DNA of 32,705 bases from Candidatus Gastranaerophilales bacterium. GTDB taxonomy: Bacteria; Cyanobacteriota; Vampirovibrionia; Gastranaerophilales; Gastranaerophilaceae. Made by a program: the position numbers and the translations under genes. Positions 1-9,214 of this stretch are shown piece by piece. The first letter of the stretch is position 1. Each line of letters opens with the position of its first letter. The notes beneath the pieces are model-generated. The model made no database searches. It was not told the DNA's origin and worked only from the letters and a program-made list of their open reading frames with translations. The DNA is taken from the NCBI GenBank assembly GCA_947628355.1, contig CANQZO010000001.1:1-32705 (forward strand), given 5' to 3'.

Positions 1-141
1 TTTTATGTTGCTCCGGATAAAACCGAAAAAAGATTTTTCCTGACTGCCGCTACTGCTGCCGATGAAGAAAAAATCCTAAGAACTTTATCTAAAGGAAATA
101 CGCTTTATGTTTCTAAATTTAACGGCGGAAAAAGATTTTAA
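1..141 (+). CDS. 3' end of an unidentified gene entering from the left edge (partial)
   Basis: Frame +1 is open from nt 1 to TAA at 139-141 (...AADEEKILRTLSKGNTLYVSKFNGGKRF*). No diagnostic motif. Its stop overlaps the convergent stop of the next gene (TTAA, 138-141). Confidence 0.3.
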   Translation, partial: FYVAPDKTEKRFFLTAATAADEEKILRTLSKGNTLYVSKFNGGKRF

Positions 142-806
142 AATAACTCTTTAAATCCTTTCTTAACAGCTTCTGCAGCTTCTTTTATTGTTATATTTTC
201 GTTAATTTCGTTTATGCATGTTAAAGTTTCGGTATTTACTTTTTCGTTAAATATTTTTTCCAGTAATTCTTTATTATAAGAAAATAATACGGAGCCGTGC
301 TGAAGTATGCAGCCTTGTGTTCTGTATTGGGCTGAGCCTATAAGTTTTTTGCCGTTATAATTCAAGTCAGCACCTGTTGATAATGACATACAGTAATCAA
401 AAGATGTTTTAACTTTACTTCCTCCGCCAATAGTTAAGTCTATTTTTAAATTTTTAAATCCCTCTATTAAGGCATTTGATATTTCTTTATATGAATTTAT
501 TATGCTTTCTCCGTTTTGGAGTATAGAGGCGGGACATATAAAAGCGTAGGTCAATTCATCATCATGAAGCAGTCCTCTGCCTCCCGTAGGACGTTTTACT
601 ATATCTATTCCGTTTTGCAGGCAGTATTGTTTGTTTATATGTTCTTCACTTTGGTTTCTGCCTAGGGATACGCATTTTGGTTTCCAGCCGTATAATCGCA
701 ATATCGCTGACTTTTCCTGCCCGTTTATTGCTTCTTCCAGCAATTTACGGTCAATCTCCATATTCTCTGCACCTTGATATTTTTTATATTCTATTATTTT
801 AATCAT
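138..806 (-). CDS. Lipoate/octanoate-protein ligase family protein (BPL_LplA_LipB catalytic domain only; LplA/LipM-like)
   Basis: 222 aa. The blocks LRLYGW.P..VSLGRNQ, VKRPTGGRGLLHDDELTY and NGKKLIGSAQ (active-site Lys) are the hallmarks of the lipoyl/octanoyl transferase-ligase fold. There is no C-terminal LplA accessory domain. Confidence 0.7.
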   Translation of the reverse strand: MIKIIEYKKYQGAENMEIDRKLLEEAINGQEKSAILRLYGWKPKCVSLGRNQSEEHINKQYCLQNGIDIVKRPTGGRGLLHDDELTYAFICPASILQNGESIINSYKEISNALIEGFKNLKIDLTIGGGSKVKTSFDYCMSLSTGADLNYNGKKLIGSAQYRTQGCILQHGSVLFSYNKELLEKIFNEKVNTETLTCINEINENITIKEAAEAVKKGFKELF

Positions 807-847
807 ATTTATATTTTATAATATAAAATTTATAAGACATAACAGTT

Positions 848-876
848 TTGCAATCGAAAATAAAAGATGTTAACAT
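848..876 (+). promoter_or_regulatory. Candidate sigma70-type promoter of A1
   Basis: TTGCAA (848-853), 17 nt, then TAACAT (871-876). ATG 886 lies 9 nt downstream, so the leader would be very short or absent. Sequence match only, in AT-rich DNA. Confidence 0.3.
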
Positions 877-885
877 TTAGGTATT

Positions 886-1962
886 ATGTATAAAAGTTGC
901 CATTTAATACAACATGGGTTATGTTTTTTTAACGACAATCTGGCGGCGTGCTGTTTTTCGCCCGTTGACCAGATAGACGGACAGCTTCCGCCATTAATTT
1001 ACGAAAAATATTGGGGTGAAATTATACCTGTTGACGAACTTTTTAAACGTATGGATAAATATGCCGATGTGTTTAAAAACGGCGGCTGCCCGAGCGAATG
1101 CAAAAACTGTTATAAAATTGAAGAAAAAGAATGGGGTAATGAACGCTATATCGACCAAATTACAATTACTCATTTTTCTATGTGCAATGCCGATTGTATT
1201 TATTGCACAAATAACCACGAATTATGGGAAAGAACTCCAAATACTTACAGTATTGTTCCCGTTTTAAAATATTTTAAAGAGCAGGGAATTATAAAACATG
1301 GATGTGAACTGCATATCGGCGGCGGTGAGTTTACAATTTACCGTGAATGTGATGAGCTGTTAGAACTTTTTGCAATAAATAACTATGCAAGAGTTTTTGT
1401 TCCGACTAATGCCATTAAATATTCTCATAATCTTTTTAGGGCTATGGATGAAGCAACAACATACATTATTGTTTCACTTGATTGCGGAAGCAGAAAAACT
1501 TACAAAAAAATCAAACGTGTAGACGCCTTTGACCGAGTAATTGACAGCTTAAAAAAATATGCGGCAACGGAAAAATCCCGCGAAGCTATAAGGCTTAAAT
1601 ATATTATTGTTCCAACTTATAATGATAATATCCGCGAATTTAAAAAATTTCTTAAAATCGCAAAAAAACTCGGAATTAGAAATCTTATCATTGACATAGA
1701 CGCAAGATATTCGCGTATAAATAATTATAAAATTGATGATTATTTTGTTAACTTAGCAAAAAAGATGAATGATATTGCCCTTAAACAAAATTTTATAACG
1801 GAATTTTATTCGTTCTTCTTCCAAAATACCAATAATAAAGAGTTTAAAAAGGACAATTTTATAACCAGATTTATAAAATCAATAAAGTTTAAGTATTTTG
1901 ATAAAGAATTAAAAGAATTATACATTCATCACCGCTACGGCGCAAAAAGATTTAAAGATTAA
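886..1962 (+). CDS. Radical SAM enzyme, class A paralogue A1
   Basis: 358 aa. CNADCIYC (nt 1183-1206) is the CxxxCxxC cluster motif. HIGGGE is the GGE SAM-binding block. SLDCGSRKTYKKIKRVDAFD and LKYIIVPTYNDN are shared by all class A copies. N-terminal cysteines C5, C22-C23 and C72xxC75. Confidence 0.9.
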   Translation: MYKSCHLIQHGLCFFNDNLAACCFSPVDQIDGQLPPLIYEKYWGEIIPVDELFKRMDKYADVFKNGGCPSECKNCYKIEEKEWGNERYIDQITITHFSMCNADCIYCTNNHELWERTPNTYSIVPVLKYFKEQGIIKHGCELHIGGGEFTIYRECDELLELFAINNYARVFVPTNAIKYSHNLFRAMDEATTYIIVSLDCGSRKTYKKIKRVDAFDRVIDSLKKYAATEKSREAIRLKYIIVPTYNDNIREFKKFLKIAKKLGIRNLIIDIDARYSRINNYKIDDYFVNLAKKMNDIALKQNFITEFYSFFFQNTNNKEFKKDNFITRFIKSIKFKYFDKELKELYIHHRYGAKRFKD

Positions 1963-2939
1963 TTCAGATTATCATTTAGCCAATTTTTTATGTGAGAATT
2001 AATATTCCCCGAAAAATAAACATTTTTATCCTTTAAAGAGTTAAAGTATTGCAAAACGTCTTTTAAATTTTGTGATATGGGTTTATTAAAATTCTCATTC
2101 ATCCAATAAAATTCAACATTTATTTCAATGGATTTGCAGCCGATTTTAAGCGCTCTTTTTATAAATTCTTTTGCTTCTTTTATATTATCGTTTATTCCGG
2201 GGATTATGATATATTTAATCGTAACTTGAGCATTCGGGTTCTTTTTTTCCGCTTTTATATATTTTTTTAAATTATTCCAGACATTATCAAACCCTTTTAC
2301 GCGTTTAATTGTTTCGTAAGTCTTTTTATAACCCGCGTCAACACTGACTTTTAGTTTTGTTTCACCTTTTTCCAATGCTTTTGTTATTGCATCCGAATAA
2401 GTAATACCCGCAGATAAAAATTCTATTGAACCTTTTATTGAAAAAACAAAATCAATCAGCCATTGAAGTTCCTCTTTCGGATATTCGGCACATTCGCCTC
2501 CTCCGATTATAAAGTGACAGTGCGGTTTAAACATGTTTCTGTCTCTAAGTGAGCTTAAAACAGGTTTTACATCCCATACTTCGCGGGAATTTAATTCTTT
2601 TTTTATTTCACTTTTTCCGCCGCCGGAGATTATACAATATATACAATCACAGCTGCATTTTGTTCTGTTTGATACCGATACATCAATAAATCCCGCTGTT
2701 TCATCCCAATTACGTTCTTCTAATGTCGGGCAGTCTTTGCAGACTTCAGGGTAATCTCCCCTTTTACACTTTTCAATGTATTCTTCTCTGTCTTTTAAAT
2801 ATTTATCAATGTCTACAGGCTCGCCGTGGTAATTTTCCATAAAGGTCAGTTTTTTATCAAAGGACTGACAGCAATATGTTAAGTCCTCAGAATTTATTAC
2901 CAAATGATATAGCGCCCACTCGCAACATTTAAAAATCAT
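1959..2939 (-). CDS. Radical SAM enzyme, class A paralogue A2 (GGGECxEYP subclade)
   Basis: 326 aa. Motifs CSCDCIYC, IIGGGECAEYP, SVDAGYKKTYETIKRVKGFD and KYIIIPGINDN. N-terminal KCC...YCC...CKDC. AAGGA lies 7 nt before the ATG at 2939. Confidence 0.9.
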   Translation of the reverse strand: MIFKCCEWALYHLVINSEDLTYCCQSFDKKLTFMENYHGEPVDIDKYLKDREEYIEKCKRGDYPEVCKDCPTLEERNWDETAGFIDVSVSNRTKCSCDCIYCIISGGGKSEIKKELNSREVWDVKPVLSSLRDRNMFKPHCHFIIGGGECAEYPKEELQWLIDFVFSIKGSIEFLSAGITYSDAITKALEKGETKLKVSVDAGYKKTYETIKRVKGFDNVWNNLKKYIKAEKKNPNAQVTIKYIIIPGINDNIKEAKEFIKRALKIGCKSIEINVEFYWMNENFNKPISQNLKDVLQYFNSLKDKNVYFSGNINSHIKNWLNDNLN

Positions 2940-2975
2940 TGTTTATCCTTTTCAAAAAAAATTCTAACATACTAT

Positions 2976-3004
2976 TTGTAATTAATAAAGAAACATCGTA
3001 TTAT
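2976..3004 (+). promoter_or_regulatory. Candidate sigma70-type promoter of A3, positioned for a leaderless mRNA
   Basis: TTGTAA (2976-2981), exactly 17 nt, then TATTAT (2999-3004). ATG 3011 follows after 6 nt and there is no SD. Confidence 0.4.
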
Positions 3005-3010
3005 TGTTAT

Positions 3011-4027
3011 ATGAGAATATGCAATAATCTAAATACTTCAATTTGCTTTAATTACAAGGAAATAGGTATAACTTGGTGTACTTTAACCAATGCTAATAAC
3101 GGTTTAGGGTGGCCAAAAATTCCGGATGAAATCTTTGACGGTGAAAAAATTGATTGGAATAAATTTTTTGATTTTAGGGCAAAAGAAATTGAGTCGATAA
3201 AAAATTCTACTGCACGTAAGGAATGTGAAAACTGTCAGCAAATTGAAGATAAGGATTTTGTTGATGACAGAAAAATTCGTTATATTCTGCTTTCGCCTTG
3301 GCAGGTTTGTAATTCCGACTGCATATACTGTCTCGGGCATGCTCAGCCGAGAGATAAAAAATCTTCAGGCTATGATGAATTTTATAAAGAATATGTTGAA
3401 CCTTATGATATGCTTGAAATCATTAAGGATATGATTAAAAATAATGTTCTTGCTTCCGATTGCGAGATAGATTTTGCGGGCGGGGAACCGACGTTGTATC
3501 CTAAATTTGATGATATTATTAATTTTTTAGTCGATAACAATTATAAAAACATTATTATTCATACTAATAATATCCAATACTCAAAAGCAATTGAACGGGG
3601 TATTAAAGAAAATGCCATAAGTCTTATGATTTCTATAGATGCCGGTACTAAAAAATGCCATGAACAAGTCAAACGGGTTAAATCTTTTGATAAGGTTTGG
3701 CATAATTTTAAAAAATATTCAAAAGCTAAAAAGAAAGATTATTCAAAAAGGCTGTGTACAAAGTATGTAATAGTTCCTAACGTAAATGATACTAAAAAGG
3801 AACTGGAAGAATTTATTAAACAATCCCGCAAAAACGGAGCTGCTCAGGTCGCTTTAAATGTATATAACCAGCTTTTAAATGAAATGAATTACGAAGATAA
3901 TCTGCTTCGTCACCTTGTTGAATTAGCTGATTTTTGGGCTCAAAAAGCCAAAGAAAATAAACTTTCTTATATGTTTTTCCCGAATATTGAATTTGTTTAT
4001 AAAAAATTAAATTTAGATTTGCCCTAA
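3011..4027 (+). CDS. Radical SAM enzyme, class A paralogue A3
   Basis: Motifs CNSDCIYC, DFAGGEPTLYP, SIDAGTKKCHEQVKRVKSFD and KYVIVPNVNDT. I moved the start to ATG 3011 (MRICNN...). The track's TTG at 2939 adds 24 non-conserved residues and overlaps the A2 start codon. Confidence 0.85.
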   Translation: MRICNNLNTSICFNYKEIGITWCTLTNANNGLGWPKIPDEIFDGEKIDWNKFFDFRAKEIESIKNSTARKECENCQQIEDKDFVDDRKIRYILLSPWQVCNSDCIYCLGHAQPRDKKSSGYDEFYKEYVEPYDMLEIIKDMIKNNVLASDCEIDFAGGEPTLYPKFDDIINFLVDNNYKNIIIHTNNIQYSKAIERGIKENAISLMISIDAGTKKCHEQVKRVKSFDKVWHNFKKYSKAKKKDYSKRLCTKYVIVPNVNDTKKELEEFIKQSRKNGAAQVALNVYNQLLNEMNYEDNLLRHLVELADFWAQKAKENKLSYMFFPNIEFVYKKLNLDLP

Positions 4028-5016
4028 TTAATTAATTTTAAAGCATATTTATTAATTATATATTCTGTTTTATCCCATGTTAACAATTTTATTCCCTTTT
4101 CTTCACATAATTTTTTCATGTGAAGGTACAAACTGCCGTAATGAGCAGGCAATGGTGTTTCATCTAAATTTGTAAACATGACATATTTATTATCAATCAT
4201 AAATTCAATATTGCTTATTCCGATATCAGACATTAAATTTACAAATTTTGTTATTTCTTCAAGATTATCATTTATATGTTCTATAACAATATATTTAACA
4301 ATTATTCTTTTTGAAAATTTACTTTTTGCATATTTTCTTAAATTTTCAACAGAGTCTTTAAATTTATCTACTCTTTTCAGTTTGTAATAAACTTCTGGCT
4401 CGGCGCAGTCAAGTGAGGTTGTGTATGTCGTCAAGTCCTTATCCAATAGCTCTTTTACTATCGGCTGATAAATTATATTATTTGAAAGTATGTAAAATTC
4501 TTTGAGCCCGTTTTTTAAAAATTCTTTTACCATAGGCTTAAATTCTTTTAAAACGGATATATCTCCGCCCTGTATACTGACAAATAAATTATCCCTATCA
4601 AGTAAATCATGTTTATATAACTCTTTTATCAAAGGAACAATATCATAATAATCACTTTTTCTTACTTTAGTTTCTATTTTTCCTTTTGAATGAAACATTC
4701 TTGCGCAATATATACATCCGCAATTGCAGTGAGTCCAGTGGCTTATATTGATTGTTTTAAATTTTGGCAGAATAATATCCGTACTTTTGCGCTCACGCAG
4801 GAAATAACAGCTGCGGCAGGGTGATTTTTCAATATCATCTTCATTTAAAAGTTTAAAAGCATTTGTTTTTACTGCCCGAAAAGCGTCCCAATCTATTTTT
4901 TCTCCGCGGTAATTTTCATAATATATCGGACCTATCTGTCCTGTGCAGCAAGACATTATTCTGTCGTGGAAACAAGATAATACATTATTTAATTCATCAC
5001 AAAAATATTGTTTCAT
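4024..5016 (-). CDS. Radical SAM enzyme, class A paralogue A4 (QGG[DN] subclade)
   Basis: 330 aa. Motifs CNCGCIYC, SIQGGDISVLKEF (GGD instead of GGE), SLDCAEPEVYYKLKRVDKFKD and KYIVIEHINDN. N-terminal C...CC...CRSC. Confidence 0.9.
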   Translation of the reverse strand: MKQYFCDELNNVLSCFHDRIMSCCTGQIGPIYYENYRGEKIDWDAFRAVKTNAFKLLNEDDIEKSPCRSCYFLRERKSTDIILPKFKTINISHWTHCNCGCIYCARMFHSKGKIETKVRKSDYYDIVPLIKELYKHDLLDRDNLFVSIQGGDISVLKEFKPMVKEFLKNGLKEFYILSNNIIYQPIVKELLDKDLTTYTTSLDCAEPEVYYKLKRVDKFKDSVENLRKYAKSKFSKRIIVKYIVIEHINDNLEEITKFVNLMSDIGISNIEFMIDNKYVMFTNLDETPLPAHYGSLYLHMKKLCEEKGIKLLTWDKTEYIINKYALKLIN

Positions 5017-5027
5017 TAAATTCCTGC

Positions 5028-6038
5028 CTATAAATTAAGTACCAGCGCTCTGTCATAAAACTCAAACGCAATTTTTTCCTGCTCGCAGCGGTTTCTTATA
5101 TACCTTAATAAATCTTTTACATATTCCGGCACTTCGCCATTTTGACGAACAAACCATTTTTCCTCTATATCCGCTATTAAATATTTGACTCCCAATTTAT
5201 TTATACAAAGCTCAAGCCATTTATCTATTTCTTCTTTTGTATCGTTTACGTTAGGAATTATTATATATTTTACCCCTAAAGAAGTCGGATGGTATTTTGC
5301 TGCCGATTTTGCATAAGCCTTGATGTTTTTGCAGACATCATTAAACTTATCAACCTTTTTTACTTTTTTAAATACTTTCCGTGTCCCTGCGTCAAGTGAT
5401 ATAACTATATGAATATCAACATCTTTCTCCTCAAGCACTTTTGCAGACATTTTACTGTATTTTATACCGTTTGTATAAAGTGCATAGTGCTTATTTCCGT
5501 ATTTCGCAAAAAGTTTTATTATATCATCAAACTTTTTCAATATTACAGGCTCGCCCATTGCAAAGGAAATGTGAGCTCCCGGAGCCTTTTCCAGATTATA
5601 TATTTTATTATTCAGCATTTCTTTAAATAACGGGAATATATCATATGGCTTGTATGTTCTGTGCTCCAGTATCTCTTGATAAGAAAAACAATATATACAG
5701 TTGGCATTACATTCGTTGGAATGCCCAATCCATATCATATCAATGTAATTATCAAGGTCTGATAAAAATTGTTCTTCTGAATTTTCATCAAATTCCTCAA
5801 TCCAATGACAGCCTTGGCAAAATGGCGGAATTTCACCGTTTCTCATATTTTTTACTAGAGTATTTTTTATTTCAAATACTTTGTTCCAATCCGCTTTATC
5901 TTTCGGCCCGGCATATGGGATTATATAATTATTGTTTCTTTCTTTTGGTGAATGTATTGAAAGATGACAATGCCTGAAACAATCATAATGTATATACAGC
6001 CCATGGGCTAAATATCTGCACCTGTACATCTTTCCCAT
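5028..6038 (-). CDS. Radical SAM enzyme, class A paralogue A5
   Basis: Motifs CNANCIYC, FAMGEP, SLDAGTRKVFKKVKKVDKFND and KYIIIPNVNDT. The start is placed at ATG 6038 (MGKMYRCRYLAHGL) because AAGAGGA sits 5 nt upstream. The track start at 6092 adds 18 unconserved residues. Confidence 0.85.
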   Translation of the reverse strand: MGKMYRCRYLAHGLYIHYDCFRHCHLSIHSPKERNNNYIIPYAGPKDKADWNKVFEIKNTLVKNMRNGEIPPFCQGCHWIEEFDENSEEQFLSDLDNYIDMIWIGHSNECNANCIYCFSYQEILEHRTYKPYDIFPLFKEMLNNKIYNLEKAPGAHISFAMGEPVILKKFDDIIKLFAKYGNKHYALYTNGIKYSKMSAKVLEEKDVDIHIVISLDAGTRKVFKKVKKVDKFNDVCKNIKAYAKSAAKYHPTSLGVKYIIIPNVNDTKEEIDKWLELCINKLGVKYLIADIEEKWFVRQNGEVPEYVKDLLRYIRNRCEQEKIAFEFYDRALVLNL

Positions 6039-6095
6039 AATTATCCTCTTTTTTAGAATTATATCATAATTTATTTTTATGTTATATTTCATTTT

Positions 6096-7631
6096 GTGAG
6101 AAATATTTTACAAAATAGGTTATTTTTCAATTTTGTAAATATTGTTATATTATTGGCAATATTTGTTTTTCTTCTGACCAAATTAAAATATTCCGTTATT
6201 ATTAATGACGATATGATGGATATTATATCCCGAACATTTTTGTTTTCGCATGGTCGCTTTATATCTGAATTATTCGGCATTTTATTAATTAAATTAATTC
6301 CCGATATTCTTGGTATAAATTATCAGGATTTTGCAATTGTTCAAGGTATATTAAAATCTGCAGTTTTTTGCGGTTTGATTTATGTCATTTCCATCGCGCC
6401 TTTTAGATTTAGACAAAAAAATATCAGTATTTGTTGTTATTCTGTTTTGTCCTTTTTTACAATTTTTTCTTCATTGATACAAATGGATTTTGTATGGTGT
6501 TTTGATACTTATCAGTTTTTTTCCGGTTATGTGGGATATTTATTTGTATATATTATTTTTTGGTATAAAATTGCGGATAATTATTTAAAGAATAAATCAC
6601 TTTCAAAAAAAGATTTAATTGTAATCTGCCTGCTTGCTTTTATTACGGCTCAAATTAATGAACTGTTAAGTATTAGTTGTACGCTTTTATTAATCCTTTT
6701 GTTATTTGATTCGTATATATCAAAAATAAAAGATAAAAAATATATAATTTATCCGTTAGTCGTCATTTTATTAACTGATATATTTGTTTATTTTTGTCAA
6801 GGCTCAAAAGAATTATGGGAATCTTATCAACTTTCAAATTATAATTTAATCTCATATTCGGAAATAATAAATTTTATTATTTTATTTTTTAAAAAAATAA
6901 TATTATATAATGCTTTTTTAATTGTTCCGATTTTTTGTTTCTTAGTATTCTTATATAAGATAAAAGAAATTAAAATAATTAGATATTTTATATATTCCAA
7001 TACAGGTTTTTTATTCTTCATACTTGGAACATATTTCCTTCCAAAAACATGTATTTATACTCAGCTTTCGGATAAATGGTGGTTTTTACATCCCGGAATA
7101 ATGATCGGTTATAATATATTTCTGCTTGTGTCGGCTTTATTTTTATTGGGAGTTATAAATGCAAAAACAACAAATGTTATGACAAAAAATTTATTTACTA
7201 TTGCATTGTTTTTATGTTGTTTAATTCATTGTTTTATTAATTTTAATATTGACAGAATAATGTGCCTTCATACATATATGCATACAAAAAGAATGATGTA
7301 TATAAATGATAAACTTTCATTGTTTTATTTAAAAAGAGGAGAAACAATAATATTACCTGCAGGACAACCATTTTATATACTTCCCGATGTCAATCCTTAT
7401 GATTTAGCCATATCAAGAAAATTTCATTCCCAAACTTTTGATAAAAATCGTGCAAGATATTTGATTTATCTGGAAAAAAATTACAATGTTAATGTTGACA
7501 GCGGAGTGACGTTTAAAGATAATAAAACAGCGATGAAAGAATATCTGGGTAAGGGCGGCACTTTTACGAGAGATGAACTTAAAAAATTAAAATTTTCTAA
7601 TATTAAAATGTCCGAGAAAATTTCGCAATAA
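6096..7631 (+). CDS. Polytopic membrane protein P1 (GT-C-like candidate; paralogue of P2 and P3)
   Basis: 511 aa with about a dozen hydrophobic spans by eye. KYSVIINDDMMD (DD at nt 6207-6212) directly follows TM1, then HGRFISE. There is a conserved NE block mid-protein and a conserved roughly 100 aa hydrophilic C-terminus (GG.FT..EL..L.FSNI). GTG start without a clear SD, so the start is uncertain. Confidence 0.75.
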   Translation: MRNILQNRLFFNFVNIVILLAIFVFLLTKLKYSVIINDDMMDIISRTFLFSHGRFISELFGILLIKLIPDILGINYQDFAIVQGILKSAVFCGLIYVISIAPFRFRQKNISICCYSVLSFFTIFSSLIQMDFVWCFDTYQFFSGYVGYLFVYIIFWYKIADNYLKNKSLSKKDLIVICLLAFITAQINELLSISCTLLLILLLFDSYISKIKDKKYIIYPLVVILLTDIFVYFCQGSKELWESYQLSNYNLISYSEIINFIILFFKKIILYNAFLIVPIFCFLVFLYKIKEIKIIRYFIYSNTGFLFFILGTYFLPKTCIYTQLSDKWWFLHPGIMIGYNIFLLVSALFLLGVINAKTTNVMTKNLFTIALFLCCLIHCFINFNIDRIMCLHTYMHTKRMMYINDKLSLFYLKRGETIILPAGQPFYILPDVNPYDLAISRKFHSQTFDKNRARYLIYLEKNYNVNVDSGVTFKDNKTAMKEYLGKGGTFTRDELKKLKFSNIKMSEKISQ

Positions 7632-7649
7632 AAATATAATGGAAGTAAT

Positions 7650-9194
7650 ATGCAAAAAAGATTAGTCATAAAATTTTTTAATGTAACATTATTATTTTCA
7701 ATTTTTAGTTTTTTGATGTATAAATTTCGATATGCTATTGTTATCAATGATGATTTGGTTGATTTAATTGCAGGTCAATATAATTTTTATCATGGTCGTT
7801 ATTTAACGGAATTTATTTCAATTTTATTTATAAAATTAATACCTAAATATTTTAATATTAATATTCAGAATTTTGCAATTGTATCAGAAGGTCTTGTTAA
7901 ATCTTTATTTTTTATATTTTTATTATTTATCTTAAAAAAGACCTTTACCAAAAATTGTAAAATCTCAACTTTATTTGAAATTATTTTGTATCCGTTGTCG
8001 TTTTTTATGATATTTTCGATGTTATTTCAACTTGATTATATTAATGTATTTGATACAATGCAAACCTTTATGGGCTATATTTTTCCGTTTATTTTCTTTA
8101 TACTTTTCTGGTTGAAATTATACGATGTTTATTCAGTTAACAAAAAATCTGAACTTTCTTGTGGCTGGAATAATAAAAACTTAATTTTGCTTATTCTATA
8201 CACAATTATTGTAACTATGGGAAATGAAGAACTCAATTTTGCAGCATTAATTTTACTGTTATTTTTATTATTTAATAAAAGTATGTCCCGAAAATATGTT
8301 ATATGTTCATTAATTGCAATGTTTATAACAGGATTTTGGGTTTATTATTCAAGCGGCTTTTTAAAATTATATAATGATGCATATCATATTCATATAAATT
8401 TTGATTTGTCTTTAAACAATATTTATAAATATTTGGAAATGTTTATTAAATTTATAATTGCAGATAATATATTTTTATGGATACCATATGTTTCATTCAT
8501 TATATTTTTAAAGGCGGATAAAACTAATATAAACAAACAAAAAATTATAAAATATAGTTTTTATTCCGTAACAAGTTTTTTAATATTCTTTTTAAGTTTA
8601 TATTTATTAGGTAAATCTTATGGTTATATGATTGATAATAATTTTAAACTATATGAACCGTATTGGATTTTATATCCTGCATTACTGATAGGGCTTAAAA
8701 TAATCTTATACACTAATATACTTTATTTATTGGGAAATATCTTAACTCCGGACGTAAAAATTTATAAAGAATATATATTATATTTTATATTTTTAATCAG
8801 TTGTTTATTTTTTATATTCCAAAATTACAAGAATATTGAATTATCAGATAAAAACTCTAAAACTGTAATGTATATGACTGATAAAATTGCCGTTGAATAC
8901 TTTAAACAAGGTAAAACAGCAATATTGCCAAAGGATGATATTGAAATAATTATACCCGTAATAAATGATTTAATGCCCTATGATTTATTAACGGAAAATT
9001 ATAAGGGGAAAATATATTACAAAGAACAATATCCATATTTGTGGTACATAAGGATTGTATATAATGTTAATACCAATTACGGTATGATGTTTAAACCATC
9101 CGAGCAAGCGATGGAAGATTTTTATAAAATCGGGGGTGATTTTACAAAAAAAGAATTGGATGTTTTGGATTTTTCTAAATTGAATGTAAATTGA
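7650..9194 (+). CDS. Polytopic membrane protein P2 (GT-C-like candidate)
   Basis: 514 aa. RYAIVINDDLVD (DD at nt 7749-7754) follows TM1, then HGRYLTE and GNEELNF. The C-terminal block YNVNTNYGMMF...GGDFTKKELDVLDFSKLN aligns with P1 and P3. GGAAG lies 5 nt before the ATG. Confidence 0.8.
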   Translation: MQKRLVIKFFNVTLLFSIFSFLMYKFRYAIVINDDLVDLIAGQYNFYHGRYLTEFISILFIKLIPKYFNINIQNFAIVSEGLVKSLFFIFLLFILKKTFTKNCKISTLFEIILYPLSFFMIFSMLFQLDYINVFDTMQTFMGYIFPFIFFILFWLKLYDVYSVNKKSELSCGWNNKNLILLILYTIIVTMGNEELNFAALILLLFLLFNKSMSRKYVICSLIAMFITGFWVYYSSGFLKLYNDAYHIHINFDLSLNNIYKYLEMFIKFIIADNIFLWIPYVSFIIFLKADKTNINKQKIIKYSFYSVTSFLIFFLSLYLLGKSYGYMIDNNFKLYEPYWILYPALLIGLKIILYTNILYLLGNILTPDVKIYKEYILYFIFLISCLFFIFQNYKNIELSDKNSKTVMYMTDKIAVEYFKQGKTAILPKDDIEIIIPVINDLMPYDLLTENYKGKIYYKEQYPYLWYIRIVYNVNTNYGMMFKPSEQAMEDFYKIGGDFTKKELDVLDFSKLNVN

Positions 9195-9214
9195 ATAAAT
9201 GCTAATATTTGTTT

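Noticed and set aside
2939-3010. Long N-terminal extensions proposed by the ORF track from TTG or upstream starts: 2939, 6092, 9209, 10648, 16276, 23386, 25439 and 29512
   Set aside because: The extensions are not conserved among paralogues and often overlap the neighbouring gene or its start. Internal ATGs restore the family-typical N-terminus (conserved Cys near residue 5-8), several with SDs. I used the shorter starts but flagged the uncertainty.
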